Below are positions 30,701 through 39,050 of a stretch of DNA of 64,000 nucleotides, in pieces (position 1 is the first letter of the stretch; every line of letters begins with the position of its first letter). The DNA comes from Chitinophagaceae bacterium (lineage in GTDB: Bacteria; Bacteroidota; Bacteroidia; Chitinophagales; Chitinophagaceae): contig CBDFFZ010000018.1 of the NCBI GenBank assembly GCA_965246905.1, positions 23,936-87,935 of the forward strand. The letters run 5' to 3'. The notes under the pieces are model-generated. The model did not search any database, had not been told where the DNA came from, and worked only from the letters and a program-made list of their open reading frames with translations. The translations under genes were made by a program, and so were the position numbers.

Positions 30701-32116
30701 GCCAAGTTTGAAGGAAATATACAGTTCGATGGTCTGCGTACTACCACCTCGACTTCAGATGAAGGAGAGAAGCAGATTGTAGTTATCGGCCGTACCGGAG
30801 AGGTTAGAATCGTGGATACCGATGCCGATCGCCTCATGATCACCAACAATATACCTTACGGTTCTATCCTTAAAGTGAAGGACGGCCAGAAGGTTGCCAA
30901 GGGTGATGTGATCTGTACCTGGGATCCGTTCAACGCCGTAATCATCTCCGAAGTTGCGGGCGCTGTTCGCTTCGATGCGGTGATCGATGGTGTAACCTAT
31001 CGTGAGGAAGCCGATGAGCAAACCGGCCACCGCGAGAAAGTAGTTATCGAAACCAAAGACAAAACCAAGATTCCTTCCATCTACATCGATGGCAAGGATG
31101 TTAAGAACTACAACCTGCCGGTAGGCTCCCACATTGTGGTGGAAGACGGACAGAAGGTAACCAACGGGCAGGTAATCGTAAAGCTGCCACGCGTGCTTGG
31201 CCGTAGCCGGGATATCACCGGCGGTCTGCCGCGCGTTACAGAATTGTTTGAAGCACGTAACCCGAGCAACCCGGCTGTAGTAGCTGAGATCGACGGTGTA
31301 GTGAGCTTCGGCAACATCAAGCGCGGTAACCGCGAGATCATGGTGGAAAGCCGTGAAGGTCTGCTGAAGAAATACCTCGTGCCGCTTACCCGCCACATCA
31401 TGGTACAGGATGGCGACTTCGTAAAAGCAGGCAACTCGCTTTCTGACGGTGCAACCACACCTTCCGATATCCTTGCCATCAAGGGGCCGTTCGCCGTACA
31501 GGAGTATCTTGTAAATGAGATCCAGGAAGTTTATCGCCTGCAGGGCGTAAAGATCAACGACAAGCACATTGAAGTGATCGTGCGCCAGATGATGCGTAAA
31601 GTAACCATCGTGGATCCGGGCGATACCAAATTCCTCGAGGACGATACTGAAGAGAAATCAGACTTCCAGGATGAGAACGACTGGATATTTGATAAAAAAG
31701 TGGTTACCGAGCATGGTGATAGCGATAAGCTGAAAGCCGGACAGATCGTTACCCTCCGCGAGATCCGCGAAGAGAACAGCGGCCTGCGCCGTGCCGATAA
31801 GAAGCTCATCGAGTTCCGCGAAGCGCAATCTGCCACTTCAGCGCCACTGTTGCTCGGTATCACCAAGGCATCGCTCGGCACCCGTAGCTGGATCTCCGCC
31901 GCGTCTTTCCAGGAAACCACCAAGGTGCTTTCGCAGGCAGCCATCAACGGCAAGAGCGATACCCTGCAGGGCCTGAAGGAAAACGTGATTACCGGCAACC
32001 TCATCCCCGCAGGTACGGGCATGCGCGATTTCACAGACATCGTAGTAGGCTCGAAAGAAGAGTTCGAGCTACTCTCTGCAAGCCGCGATGTGCTCGAGTT
32101 TGATGAAGATGAATAA
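27794..32116 (+). CDS. rpoC: DNA-directed RNA polymerase subunit beta'
   Basis: 1440 aa, with the catalytic NADFDGDQM motif and a zinc-binding Cys cluster near the N-terminus. Confidence 0.98.
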   Translation: MAIKKDNRPKPGFSKITISLASPDVILDRSYGEVLKPETINYRTYKPERDGLFCEKIFGPVKDYECYCGKYKRIRYKGIVCDRCGVEVTEKKVRRERMGHIKLVVPIVHIWYFKSLPNKIGYLLGTSSKKMESIVYYERYVVVQGGLADEMIRTKLALKEKEETRLQLITEDEYLEILDALPKDNQHLSDDDPNKFIAKMGAESLHALLSRIDLDQLSYDLRNAAANETSQQRKQEALKRLSVVEAFRDANTRVENKLEWMIMQYLPVIPPELRPLVPLDGGRFASSDLNDLYRRVIIRNNRLKRLIEIKAPEVILRNEKRMLQEAVDSLFDNSRKSNAVKAEGGRALKSLSDVLKGKQGRFRQNLLGKRVDYSGRSVIVVGPEMRLHECGLPKDMAAELFKPFIIRKLIERGIVKTVKSAKKMVERKESVVWDILENVLKGHPILLNRAPTLHRLSIQAFQPKLIEGKAIQLHPLVCSAFNADFDGDQMAVHVPLSHGAILEAQLLMLASHNILNPQNGTPITLPSQDMVLGLYYLTKGKKTMGDEIIKGEGMTFYSADEVIIANNEGRADLHASIKVRANVRTKEGTLENKLIETTVGRVLFNQFVPKQNGFVNALLTKKSLREIIGDILKNTTIPETVDFLDNIKTLGFRTAFRGGLSFNIKDLNIPDVKEQLVEVAQGDVDEVWENYNNGLITNNERYNAIIDIWSRVDTRVTETLIREMSTDKQGFNSVYMMLDSGARGSKQQVKQLAGLRGLMAKPRRSGSSGSEIIENPILSNFKTGLSVLEYFISTHGARKGLADTALKTADAGYLTRRLVDVAQDVVINETDCETLRGIATSALKDNEEIVEPLYDRILGRTSLHDVIDPLTDKLLAKAGEEITEDIARDIDESAIDTVEIRSVLTCESKKGVCSKCYGKNLATGYTAQKGDAVGIIAAQSIGEPGTQLTLRTFHVGGTANSSAIESQLVAKFEGNIQFDGLRTTTSTSDEGEKQIVVIGRTGEVRIVDTDADRLMITNNIPYGSILKVKDGQKVAKGDVICTWDPFNAVIISEVAGAVRFDAVIDGVTYREEADEQTGHREKVVIETKDKTKIPSIYIDGKDVKNYNLPVGSHIVVEDGQKVTNGQVIVKLPRVLGRSRDITGGLPRVTELFEARNPSNPAVVAEIDGVVSFGNIKRGNREIMVESREGLLKKYLVPLTRHIMVQDGDFVKAGNSLSDGATTPSDILAIKGPFAVQEYLVNEIQEVYRLQGVKINDKHIEVIVRQMMRKVTIVDPGDTKFLEDDTEEKSDFQDENDWIFDKKVVTEHGDSDKLKAGQIVTLREIREENSGLRRADKKLIEFREAQSATSAPLLLGITKASLGTRSWISAASFQETTKVLSQAAINGKSDTLQGLKENVITGNLIPAGTGMRDFTDIVVGSKEEFELLSASRDVLEFDEDE

Positions 32117-32138
32117 GTATTGATTCCCGATTTGCAAA

Positions 32139-32168
32139 AGGCCGCCCAGCAATGAGCGGCCTTTTTTT
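32139..32168 (+). terminator. rho-independent terminator of the rpoBC operon
   Basis: AGGCCGC-10 nt loop-GCGGCCT followed by T7. Confidence 0.8.
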
Positions 32169-32192
32169 AGTATGCCACGCCTTGCCTCGTCC

Positions 32193-33689
32193 TGAAAAAG
32201 GTTGACACAAAACCTTTACAATGTTGCAAAACACAGGCGGCAGAAGTTATGGCAGAAAGACTTCAAAAGATTATAGTTTGGCTTTCAAACTGCAAGTAGT
32301 TGATGAGGTGGAAAAAGGGCTGCTTAATCAGGATCAGGCTCAGCGTGAGTATGGCATTCAGGGAAATGCTACTATTCTGACCTGGTTAAGGAAACACGGT
32401 ACCTTAGACTGGTATAAGGAAACTATGATGTCCGCTAAGAAAGTGCCTCATAAAAAGATCAGAGCGTTGGAGTGACGGATTCAGGGGCTGGAAGCTGAGC
32501 AAGTAATTCTCAACACGGCTATCGATGTAGCCGATGAGCTCTATGACACCAACATTCGAAAAAAGTTTTTTACCCCTTGTTTAGCAAAGCTCCGCGACGG
32601 ACAAGGGGCAGGACAAACCTGCGGATACAGAAAGCCCGGAGGAACAAAAGCAGTAGCTGCTACGCTCGGTTATAGCCGACAGGCATTATACAAACGTAAA
32701 AATGCCACTACAGTTCAGTCAGTAAAAAGTCTGAATAAAGCCGCTGCTATAGCATTGGTGCAGGAGCAGCGTAATCATCTTCCCCGGCTGGGCACCAGAA
32801 AGCTTTATCACCAAATAAAGCCCGGGTTGGAACAGGCCGGCATCAGCGCCGGGCGAAATGTCCTGTTCCATGGGCTGCGGGGAGAAGATCTGCTCATACG
32901 CCATAAGCGACGCTATGTTGTAACAACCAACTCAAATCATTGGATGAGAAAATATCCAAACTTGTCGAAAGATCTGAAAATTAGCGGTCCTGAGCAGCTG
33001 TGGGTAAGCGACATCACCTATGTGGACACGGAAGAAGGCTGGATGTATCTGAGTCTGATTACAGATGCATGGAGCCGAAAAATGGTCGGCTACAGTATAG
33101 AAGATAACATGGAAGCTGCAACGGTAGCCCTGGCTTTGAACATGGCGCTGGAATCCAAAACTCCCCAGTACAAACCCTATGCATCATTCAGAACGTAGAA
33201 TGCAATACTGCAGCGCTCTTATAGGAGCATCTGCAAGGAAAACGGTTTAACTATTAGCATGACTGAAAATGGGGATCCGTATGAAAATGCGCTTGCAGAA
33301 CGCATGAACAGGACATTTAAAGAAGAGCCTGGCCTTGGTGGAAAATTGCATTCAAAAAATGCAGCGAGATTGGTAGCAAAGGAACGTATCGAGTTGTAAA
33401 ATATCCGCAGACCACATCTGGCCTTGTCCATGAAAACACCAGCAGAAGTACATCAGGTGGGCATTAAATTTGCAAAACCACCGTAAGCGGAAACAGGCTC
33501 TGCTGGCGAGCAACCTGCAAGGAATATGGTGGTCAACGGAAATGGTTCGGGGCCTGATCACAAATCAGGCCCCGCCATTCAAAACAAAACCATTTTCGTT
33601 GCCATGCCTAAAAAACGCACATGGGCAGAAAAACAAAAATCCCGGCACCAGAGGCAACCGGGACTTCTTAAAACCGTCAACTTATTTCA
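32193..33689 (+). mobile_element. decayed IS3-family insertion sequence
   Basis: Terminal inverted repeats: TGAAAAAGGTTGAC on the left and the reverse complement TGAAATAAGTTGAC on the right (12/14). Internal OrfA/OrfB transposase remnants. No target duplication evident. Confidence 0.8.
32221..33486 (+). pseudogene. IS3-family transposase OrfAB, disrupted
   Basis: HTH OrfA (84 aa). The integrase core (WVSDITYV ...) is split over at least 3 frames by stops and frameshifts. The DDE region reads HHSERRMQYCS, then shifts frame to ...ENGDPYENALAERMNRTFKEE. Confidence 0.8.
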
Positions 33690-33703
33690 GGGCGCTACAA
33701 AAA

Positions 33704-34753
33704 TTAGAACTTAGGGCAAGAGAAATTGTAACGCTGCTCACGGTCACGCTTTACAATGCGGCCATTGAATGTAAGCGAAAGCTCATAAGCGCCCTGGCCA
33801 CCTGTTGCAGCAGAGAAAGAAGAAGCATTTACATCATACGTTACACCGAGCGTAAATTTAGTCCACTCGAAGCCTACATAAGGGCAGATGGCATCACCGT
33901 AGCGGTACCAGGCTCCAAGATAAAAAACAGTATTAGAGCGATACTCACGGTCGTGGCCGGGATTAAGCACGAAGCCGGCAGCAGCACCCAGCATCACTTC
34001 TGTAGCTCCGGCCTGCGCCTGATACTGTCCGCTTGCATATAGCACTGTATTTTCATTCAGGTCGAAAGAACCACCGAGGTAAGCATTGATGCGGCTGTGC
34101 AGCTTATGCTCTTCTTTATTAGAAAGAAATTGCTCAACAGGGCGGGTAAGATGATGATAGGCAACACCGGCATAAGCAGTGCCATGCTCGTTGATACGGC
34201 CGGAGTACATAAGGCCTGCATTGAAATCCGGGTAAGTAAGATCCTTATTAGGGAAGCCTTCCTGCGTTGGGCGATCCACCTGGCCGGTTACCGGGTCAAG
34301 CTGGTCTTCAAACCTGAGCTTATCAAATTCAATGGATTTTTGCACAAGCATCCCTTGCACGCCGAGCGATACCGTATGCTGCTTTTCCTGGCCGAAAGCC
34401 TTATGATATGCAACAGACAGGCCAACAGTTGTATTGGTAAGCGCACCTGCGCCGCTTTTATCATAGGCACCGACAATACCAATGCCCAGTGCATCTCCTT
34501 CAGGAAGGCGGCCTTTCAGCGTAGCCATATCGAAGGAAACAACACCCGTCTGGTAAGGAGTGGAAGACACACTATACCACTGTGCACGGTAGTTCAGGGC
34601 TACGCGCGTATCAAACTTTGTAAGCCCGGTCATTGCAGGATTGAGCGTTAACGGGGTAGCGAAGTATTGCGTGTGGTGAATGTCTTGCGCGTGTACAGAA
34701 CCAATTGCCAGGATGGCGGCACATACGCCAGGTAATAATTTCTTCATCTGCAA
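33704..34753 (-). CDS. type IX secretion system membrane protein PorP/SprF
   Basis: Signal peptide, then AQDIHHTQYFATPLTLNPAMTG (the PorP/SprF signature opening). Beta-barrel-like composition, ending in Phe. Confidence 0.8.
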   Translation of the reverse strand: MQMKKLLPGVCAAILAIGSVHAQDIHHTQYFATPLTLNPAMTGLTKFDTRVALNYRAQWYSVSSTPYQTGVVSFDMATLKGRLPEGDALGIGIVGAYDKSGAGALTNTTVGLSVAYHKAFGQEKQHTVSLGVQGMLVQKSIEFDKLRFEDQLDPVTGQVDRPTQEGFPNKDLTYPDFNAGLMYSGRINEHGTAYAGVAYHHLTRPVEQFLSNKEEHKLHSRINAYLGGSFDLNENTVLYASGQYQAQAGATEVMLGAAAGFVLNPGHDREYRSNTVFYLGAWYRYGDAICPYVGFEWTKFTLGVTYDVNASSFSAATGGQGAYELSLTFNGRIVKRDREQRYNFSCPKF

Positions 34754-34857
34754 AATAGTATGTTTTAAAATGCGGTTGTTAAGAGTTTCTGAAAGCCAAA
34801 GAAAAGCATTTCCTTATTATAATACAAGACAATCGCTAAGATTATTTTAGTTGGGTA

Positions 34858-35508
34858 TCAATTCTGCATTTTATTGCCGTAGGAGAGGTCGCCCGAATCG
34901 CCGAGCCCCGGTACAATATAGCCGCGCGCAGTAAGCTCCTCATCGATTGCGCCTGCCCAGATAAAGGCCTCGGGAAATTTTCGTGAAATGTATTCTATGC
35001 CTTCCGTGCAGGCAATTGCAGCCACTATATGAATGGCAACAGGTGTACCATTTTGTAACAGGGTGGCAATTGCAAGCCCAAGTGATGCCCCGGTAGCCAG
35101 CATCGGGTCGGCAATAATGAGCGTGCGCCCGTCAAGCTGAGGAGTGGTTACATATTCCTGCTTTATCTCGAAAGTGCCATCGCGGTGATGCTTACGGTAG
35201 GCCGCAACAAAGGCGCCGTCCGCCTTATCAAAAAAATTGTAAAGTCCCTGGTGCAAAGGGATTCCGGCCCTCAGTATCGTTGCCAGTACAGGCTCGCCTG
35301 ATAGCTGGAGGCTGGCCGCTTCGCCCATCGGCGTCTGTACGGTTACTTCTTCGTAAACCAATGTTTTCGAAATTTCGTAAGCCGCAATCTCGCCGATGCG
35401 CTCCATATTTCTGCGGAAGCGCATACGGTCGGACTGTACTCCGGTATCACGTATTTCACGCATCCAGATGCTGAGGAGCGAGTTTGTATCGCTGAGGTTC
35501 GTTACCAT
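34858..35508 (-). CDS. upp: uracil phosphoribosyltransferase
   Basis: PRPP-binding loop LIIADPMLATGAS and C-terminal YIVPGLGDSGD. Confidence 0.9.
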   Translation of the reverse strand: MVTNLSDTNSLLSIWMREIRDTGVQSDRMRFRRNMERIGEIAAYEISKTLVYEEVTVQTPMGEAASLQLSGEPVLATILRAGIPLHQGLYNFFDKADGAFVAAYRKHHRDGTFEIKQEYVTTPQLDGRTLIIADPMLATGASLGLAIATLLQNGTPVAIHIVAAIACTEGIEYISRKFPEAFIWAGAIDEELTARGYIVPGLGDSGDLSYGNKMQN

Positions 35509-35682
35509 AGGGCGAAGATAATTTTTTTGTCCTTAGCTGCAGGAATCCTATTGAGCATCCGTTGCGTCGCACACTGCATCCACCCCTTTCTATTCAGCTT
35601 TTACTATTCGCTGTGATCGTCTCAACTAAGATTTTATCCAGATAAACAGCATGCACTTGAATAAACCCAGGCTTCTCAACAT

Positions 35683-35748
35683 CATTCCCTAATTCCCAAT
35701 TACAAATTCCCGATTCCACCAAATCCGATTCCAAAATCCGAATTCCTC
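35683..35748. repeat. short-period ATTCC (GGAAT on the minus strand) oligo array
   Basis: cATTCCctaATTCCcaattacaaATTCCcgATTCCaccaaATCCgATTCCaaaATCCgaATTCCtc. Related arrays at 6678-6704 and 40805-40827. Confidence 0.6.
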
Positions 35749-35809
35749 TGCTACTTTTGCAGCGCCTCAATATTTTTAATTACGCAATAAAACATCCAGC
35801 AGATATAAT

Positions 35810-37126
35810 ATGGCTACCGTCGATTTAATAATGCCCAAGATGGGCGAGAGCATTATGGAAGCAACCGTGCTAAAGTGGCATAAAGCGCCCGGCGATACAG
35901 TTAAAATGGACGAAACGGTCCTGGAAATAGCTACTGATAAAGTAGATAGCGAAGTGCCATCCACTGCAGCCGGTACGATCACGGAAATCCTTTTTAAAGA
36001 AAACGATGTTGTGCCCGTAGGTACGGTTATTGCCCGTGTAAGCACTGAAGGTGGTGCAGCAACGGCAACGCCTCCGCAGGCTGCTGCAGCGCCCGAAGTT
36101 TCTGCACCGGCAGCAGTGCAAAGCGCCGCTGCACCCGCAGCAGTTGCCGCAACAGCAGGCAGCAATAAATTTTACTCTCCACTGGTACTGAATATTGCCG
36201 GCAAAGAAGGCGTAGGCATGGCCGAGCTGGAAACCATTCCGGGCACCGGCAATGAAGGCCGTGTAACAAAAAAAGACATCCTTAACCATGTAGCCAACCG
36301 CGGTGTAGGAAGTGCGCAGCCGATAGCGGCAAGCCAGCCTGTTGCGCAGGCGGCGCAACCGCAATCCGCCGGCGCAGCCACACCGGTACAGCAGCCATCC
36401 GGCGCTAATTATGGCGATAATGTAGAGGTAATAGAAATGGACCGTATGCGCAAGATGATTGCTGACCACATGGTGCGCAGCAAGCATACATCACCGCACG
36501 TTACCTCTTTTACCGAGGCCGATGTTACGAACATCGTACGCTGGCGCGATAAGAGCAAGGCTGGCTTCGAGAAAAAATACGGCGAGAAGATCACTTTCAC
36601 CCCAATATTCATCGAAGCTGTGGTCAATGCGATCCGCAAATTCCCGATGATCAACAGCAGTGTGGATGGTACCAATATTATTGTAAAGAAAGACATCAAT
36701 ATAGGTATGGCTACTGCCCTGCCAAGCGGCAATCTTATCGTACCCGTTATCAAAAATGCCGATACCAAAAACCTGCTCGGCCTGAGCAAGGATGTGAATA
36801 ATATGGCCAAAGCCGCGCGCAGCAATAAGCTTAAGGCAGATGATACACAGGGCGGCACCTTTACGCTCACCAATGTGGGCACGTTTGGCTCTCTTATGGG
36901 CACACCGATCATCAATCAGCCGCAGGCCGCCATCCTCGCAGTTGGCAGCATTAAAAAGCGCCCCATGGTTATGGAAACTGCAGACGGCGATGTGATTGCT
37001 ATCCGGCAAATGATGTATCTCTCCCTAAGCTATGATCACCGCATTGTAGATGGCTCGCTGGGTGCATCTTTCCTCACGGAAGTAGCCAACCAGCTTGAAG
37101 CGTTCGATGGCAATCGCGCTGTTTAA
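35810..37126 (+). CDS. 2-oxoacid dehydrogenase E2 (dihydrolipoamide acyltransferase)
   Basis: Lipoyl domain with EIATDKV, an Ala/Pro linker, a subunit-binding domain, and a catalytic DHRIVDG motif. Confidence 0.9.
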   Translation: MATVDLIMPKMGESIMEATVLKWHKAPGDTVKMDETVLEIATDKVDSEVPSTAAGTITEILFKENDVVPVGTVIARVSTEGGAATATPPQAAAAPEVSAPAAVQSAAAPAAVAATAGSNKFYSPLVLNIAGKEGVGMAELETIPGTGNEGRVTKKDILNHVANRGVGSAQPIAASQPVAQAAQPQSAGAATPVQQPSGANYGDNVEVIEMDRMRKMIADHMVRSKHTSPHVTSFTEADVTNIVRWRDKSKAGFEKKYGEKITFTPIFIEAVVNAIRKFPMINSSVDGTNIIVKKDINIGMATALPSGNLIVPVIKNADTKNLLGLSKDVNNMAKAARSNKLKADDTQGGTFTLTNVGTFGSLMGTPIINQPQAAILAVGSIKKRPMVMETADGDVIAIRQMMYLSLSYDHRIVDGSLGASFLTEVANQLEAFDGNRAV

Positions 37127-37133
37127 TTAAAAA

Positions 37134-37616
37134 TTAAAAATGCAAAAGGCCGGTGTCATTCCGGTCTTTTTTTGCGCAAGAAATTTCACCTTTTGCAGGC
37201 GGGTAAACCTGTGTTGCAGACCAGGATGCATGATGTTTCGGAGATGCAGAAAGATATTCGGCCTTTGCAGATGACGCTTCGGGAGACGGAGAACGGGCTT
37301 CGGGAGAGGTTAAAGACGCTTCGGGAGACGGAGAACAGGCTTCGGGAGATGTTGAAGGCGCTTCGGGAGACGTTGAAGACGCTTCGGGAGACGTTGAAGA
37401 CGCTTCGGGAGACGTTGAAGACGCTTCGGGAGAGGCAGAACGAGTTTCGGGAGGTGTAGCACGAGCTTCGGATAATGCTGAAGACGCTTCGGATGTTGCA
37501 GATGGCGCTTCGGGAGGTGCAGAAGACACTTCTGGAGATGTTGAACGAGCTTCGGGCGGTGTTGTAACCGTTTCGGACAATATTTTGATAAAAAGGCCGA
37601 GAGGGATTAATGACAT
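37134..37616 (-). CDS. possible Ser/Pro/Glu/Ala-rich heptad-repeat protein (coding status uncertain)
   Basis: ATG-initiated 160-aa ORF starting 21 nt after the stop of the upstream same-strand gene. Hydrophobic N-terminus, then (S-T-S-P-E-A-S)n. Its 3' end runs through the E2 terminator hairpin, and all frames of the repeat are open. Confidence 0.3.
   Translation of the reverse strand: MSLIPLGLFIKILSETVTTPPEARSTSPEVSSAPPEAPSATSEASSALSEARATPPETRSASPEASSTSPEASSTSPEASSTSPEAPSTSPEACSPSPEASLTSPEARSPSPEASSAKAEYLSASPKHHASWSATQVYPPAKGEISCAKKDRNDTGLLHF
37147..37173 (+). terminator. rho-independent terminator after the E2 gene
   Basis: GGCCGG-TGTCATT-CCGGTC followed by T7. Confidence 0.7.
37235..37591. 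repeat. 21-bp tandem repeat array (about 15-17 units)
   Basis: The core CTTCGGG recurs at 37277, 37298, 37319 ... 37571, exactly every 21 nt. There are four perfect units of GACGCTTCGGGAGACGTTGAA in the centre and diverged units at both ends. Differences are substitutions only, with no indels. Confidence 0.9.
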
Positions 37617-37637
37617 TACCCGCAGGGTACGCCCAAA

Positions 37638-38177
37638 TTAAGAAACGTAAAACCGCGCAAGTACAGTCTTGAATGCTATAGCGGCCTCATTGTCATCCAG
37701 CTTATGGCCCAGGAAATTCAGCGCATCGCGTTCGGATTTCAGATTGTTCAGATGGCTCATCATCTCCTCATACGCCCGCAGGTCATTCCCGAAAAATTCT
37801 GCAAGAAAAAGATATTTATCATTGAGATCAATAAATTGCCTGATATCCCGGTTGGGCTGCGCAGCGGTTGTCATTTGCGGTAGATTTACCGGTTCAGGAG
37901 CCGGTGAAGCTTCTACCGGCTTTCCCTTACTGAAGGCAGGAGCCTGTACGAAAACCGGTGCCTCGTCTTCCGGCACTGCTGCGGCTGTCAATTCATCCAG
38001 CGTAGGCTCCTTTACAGATGTACTTTGCCGGCCGGCCATACTCCCGCGGATCTCCAGCAGATCCGCATACAGCACACGGGTATAATCCAGCATCAGGTCC
38101 ACATCGATAAGGGTGCGGTCGCTGTTGCGCTGTGCAAGATCGGTAAGCTTGATGAGTACGGTGCGTATGCGCTGCAT
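37638..38177 (-). CDS. hypothetical protein
   Basis: 179-aa ATG ORF with ordered-looking N- and C-terminal regions and a Pro/Ala-rich middle. No family recognised. Confidence 0.55.
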   Translation of the reverse strand: MQRIRTVLIKLTDLAQRNSDRTLIDVDLMLDYTRVLYADLLEIRGSMAGRQSTSVKEPTLDELTAAAVPEDEAPVFVQAPAFSKGKPVEASPAPEPVNLPQMTTAAQPNRDIRQFIDLNDKYLFLAEFFGNDLRAYEEMMSHLNNLKSERDALNFLGHKLDDNEAAIAFKTVLARFYVS

Positions 38178-38338
38178 GGCATTTATTTAAGCTAAAAGTA
38201 AGTTTTTAGTCTAAAATAATGCGCTAAGCACCGAAAAGTAAAGGCCGAAAGACGGGGAACCGGTAAACTCATCCCGGAAGCCGGGTAATCAGGAGCCAGC
38301 TTTCTGCTTTTGTGCTAAGACTGCTACCTTAGCGCTCC

Positions 38339-38908
38339 ATGTTCCTGGAACCCAACCGACCACCGCTGCACCGTAAAGGATGGATAGAAGTTATCTGCGG
38401 CTCTATGTTTTCCGGCAAGTCCGAAGAACTGATCCGGCGAATGAAGCGTGCCCGTATTGCCCGGCAGAAAGTAGAAATTTTCAAGCCGGCCATCGATGTG
38501 CGGTATGCGGTGAGCGATATTGTAAGCCATGATGATACGCGCATTGCCTGTACGCCGGTGGATACAGCCGGCAGCATTCAGCTCATGGCCGGCGGCGTGG
38601 ATGTGGTAGGTATCGATGAGGCGCAGTTTTTTGACAATAGCCTGGTAACGGTAGCGGAAAGCCTTGCCCTCAGCGGCATCCGGGTAATCATCGCCGGCCT
38701 GGATATGGATTTTCAGGGGAAGCCATTCGGCCCGGTTCCATTGCTTCTTACCAATGCGGAGTACATTACCAAGCTGCATGCTATTTGCATGATCTGCGGT
38801 GATCTGGCTAATTTTTCCTACCGCAAAACAGCAAGCGACGCTACTATATTGCTCGGTGAGAAAGATCTGTATGAGCCTCGTTGCCGGGATTGTTTCTATA
38901 AGGCTTAA
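38339..38908 (+). CDS. tdk: thymidine kinase
   Basis: P-loop GSMFSGKSEEL and a C-terminal zinc ribbon (CMICG ... CRDC). Confidence 0.9.
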   Translation: MFLEPNRPPLHRKGWIEVICGSMFSGKSEELIRRMKRARIARQKVEIFKPAIDVRYAVSDIVSHDDTRIACTPVDTAGSIQLMAGGVDVVGIDEAQFFDNSLVTVAESLALSGIRVIIAGLDMDFQGKPFGPVPLLLTNAEYITKLHAICMICGDLANFSYRKTASDATILLGEKDLYEPRCRDCFYKA

Positions 38909-39050
38909 CCCAGTGGGCTGTCGGTAATTTTTCAGGCAGATGCTTGCTTAAAGTACATAGCCCGTTTTTAGCCGGGAATAGCCAGGCAAGAGCTACAGAG
39001 AATTTTAGCTTCGCGTTTAACCTTCTCTAATTTGAAGCTACATTTGCGCC

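Noticed and set aside
23589-32040. Dozens of 60-270-aa ORFs on both strands inside rpoB and rpoC (e.g. 25885-26460, 27785-28354, 30755-31567).
   Set aside because: They lie wholly within two unambiguous, highly conserved genes. Their low-complexity, Arg/Ser-rich translations are typical of off-frame reading of GC-balanced coding DNA.
35776-37009. Antisense and off-frame ORFs across the E2 gene (Ala/Cys/Arg-rich).
   Set aside because: They are generated by the GC-rich Ala/Pro linker region of a clearly real gene.
37235-37591. Possibility that the 21-bp array is a CRISPR array.
   Set aside because: The units are contiguous with no unique spacers. The period is far too short, and no cas genes or leader are present.
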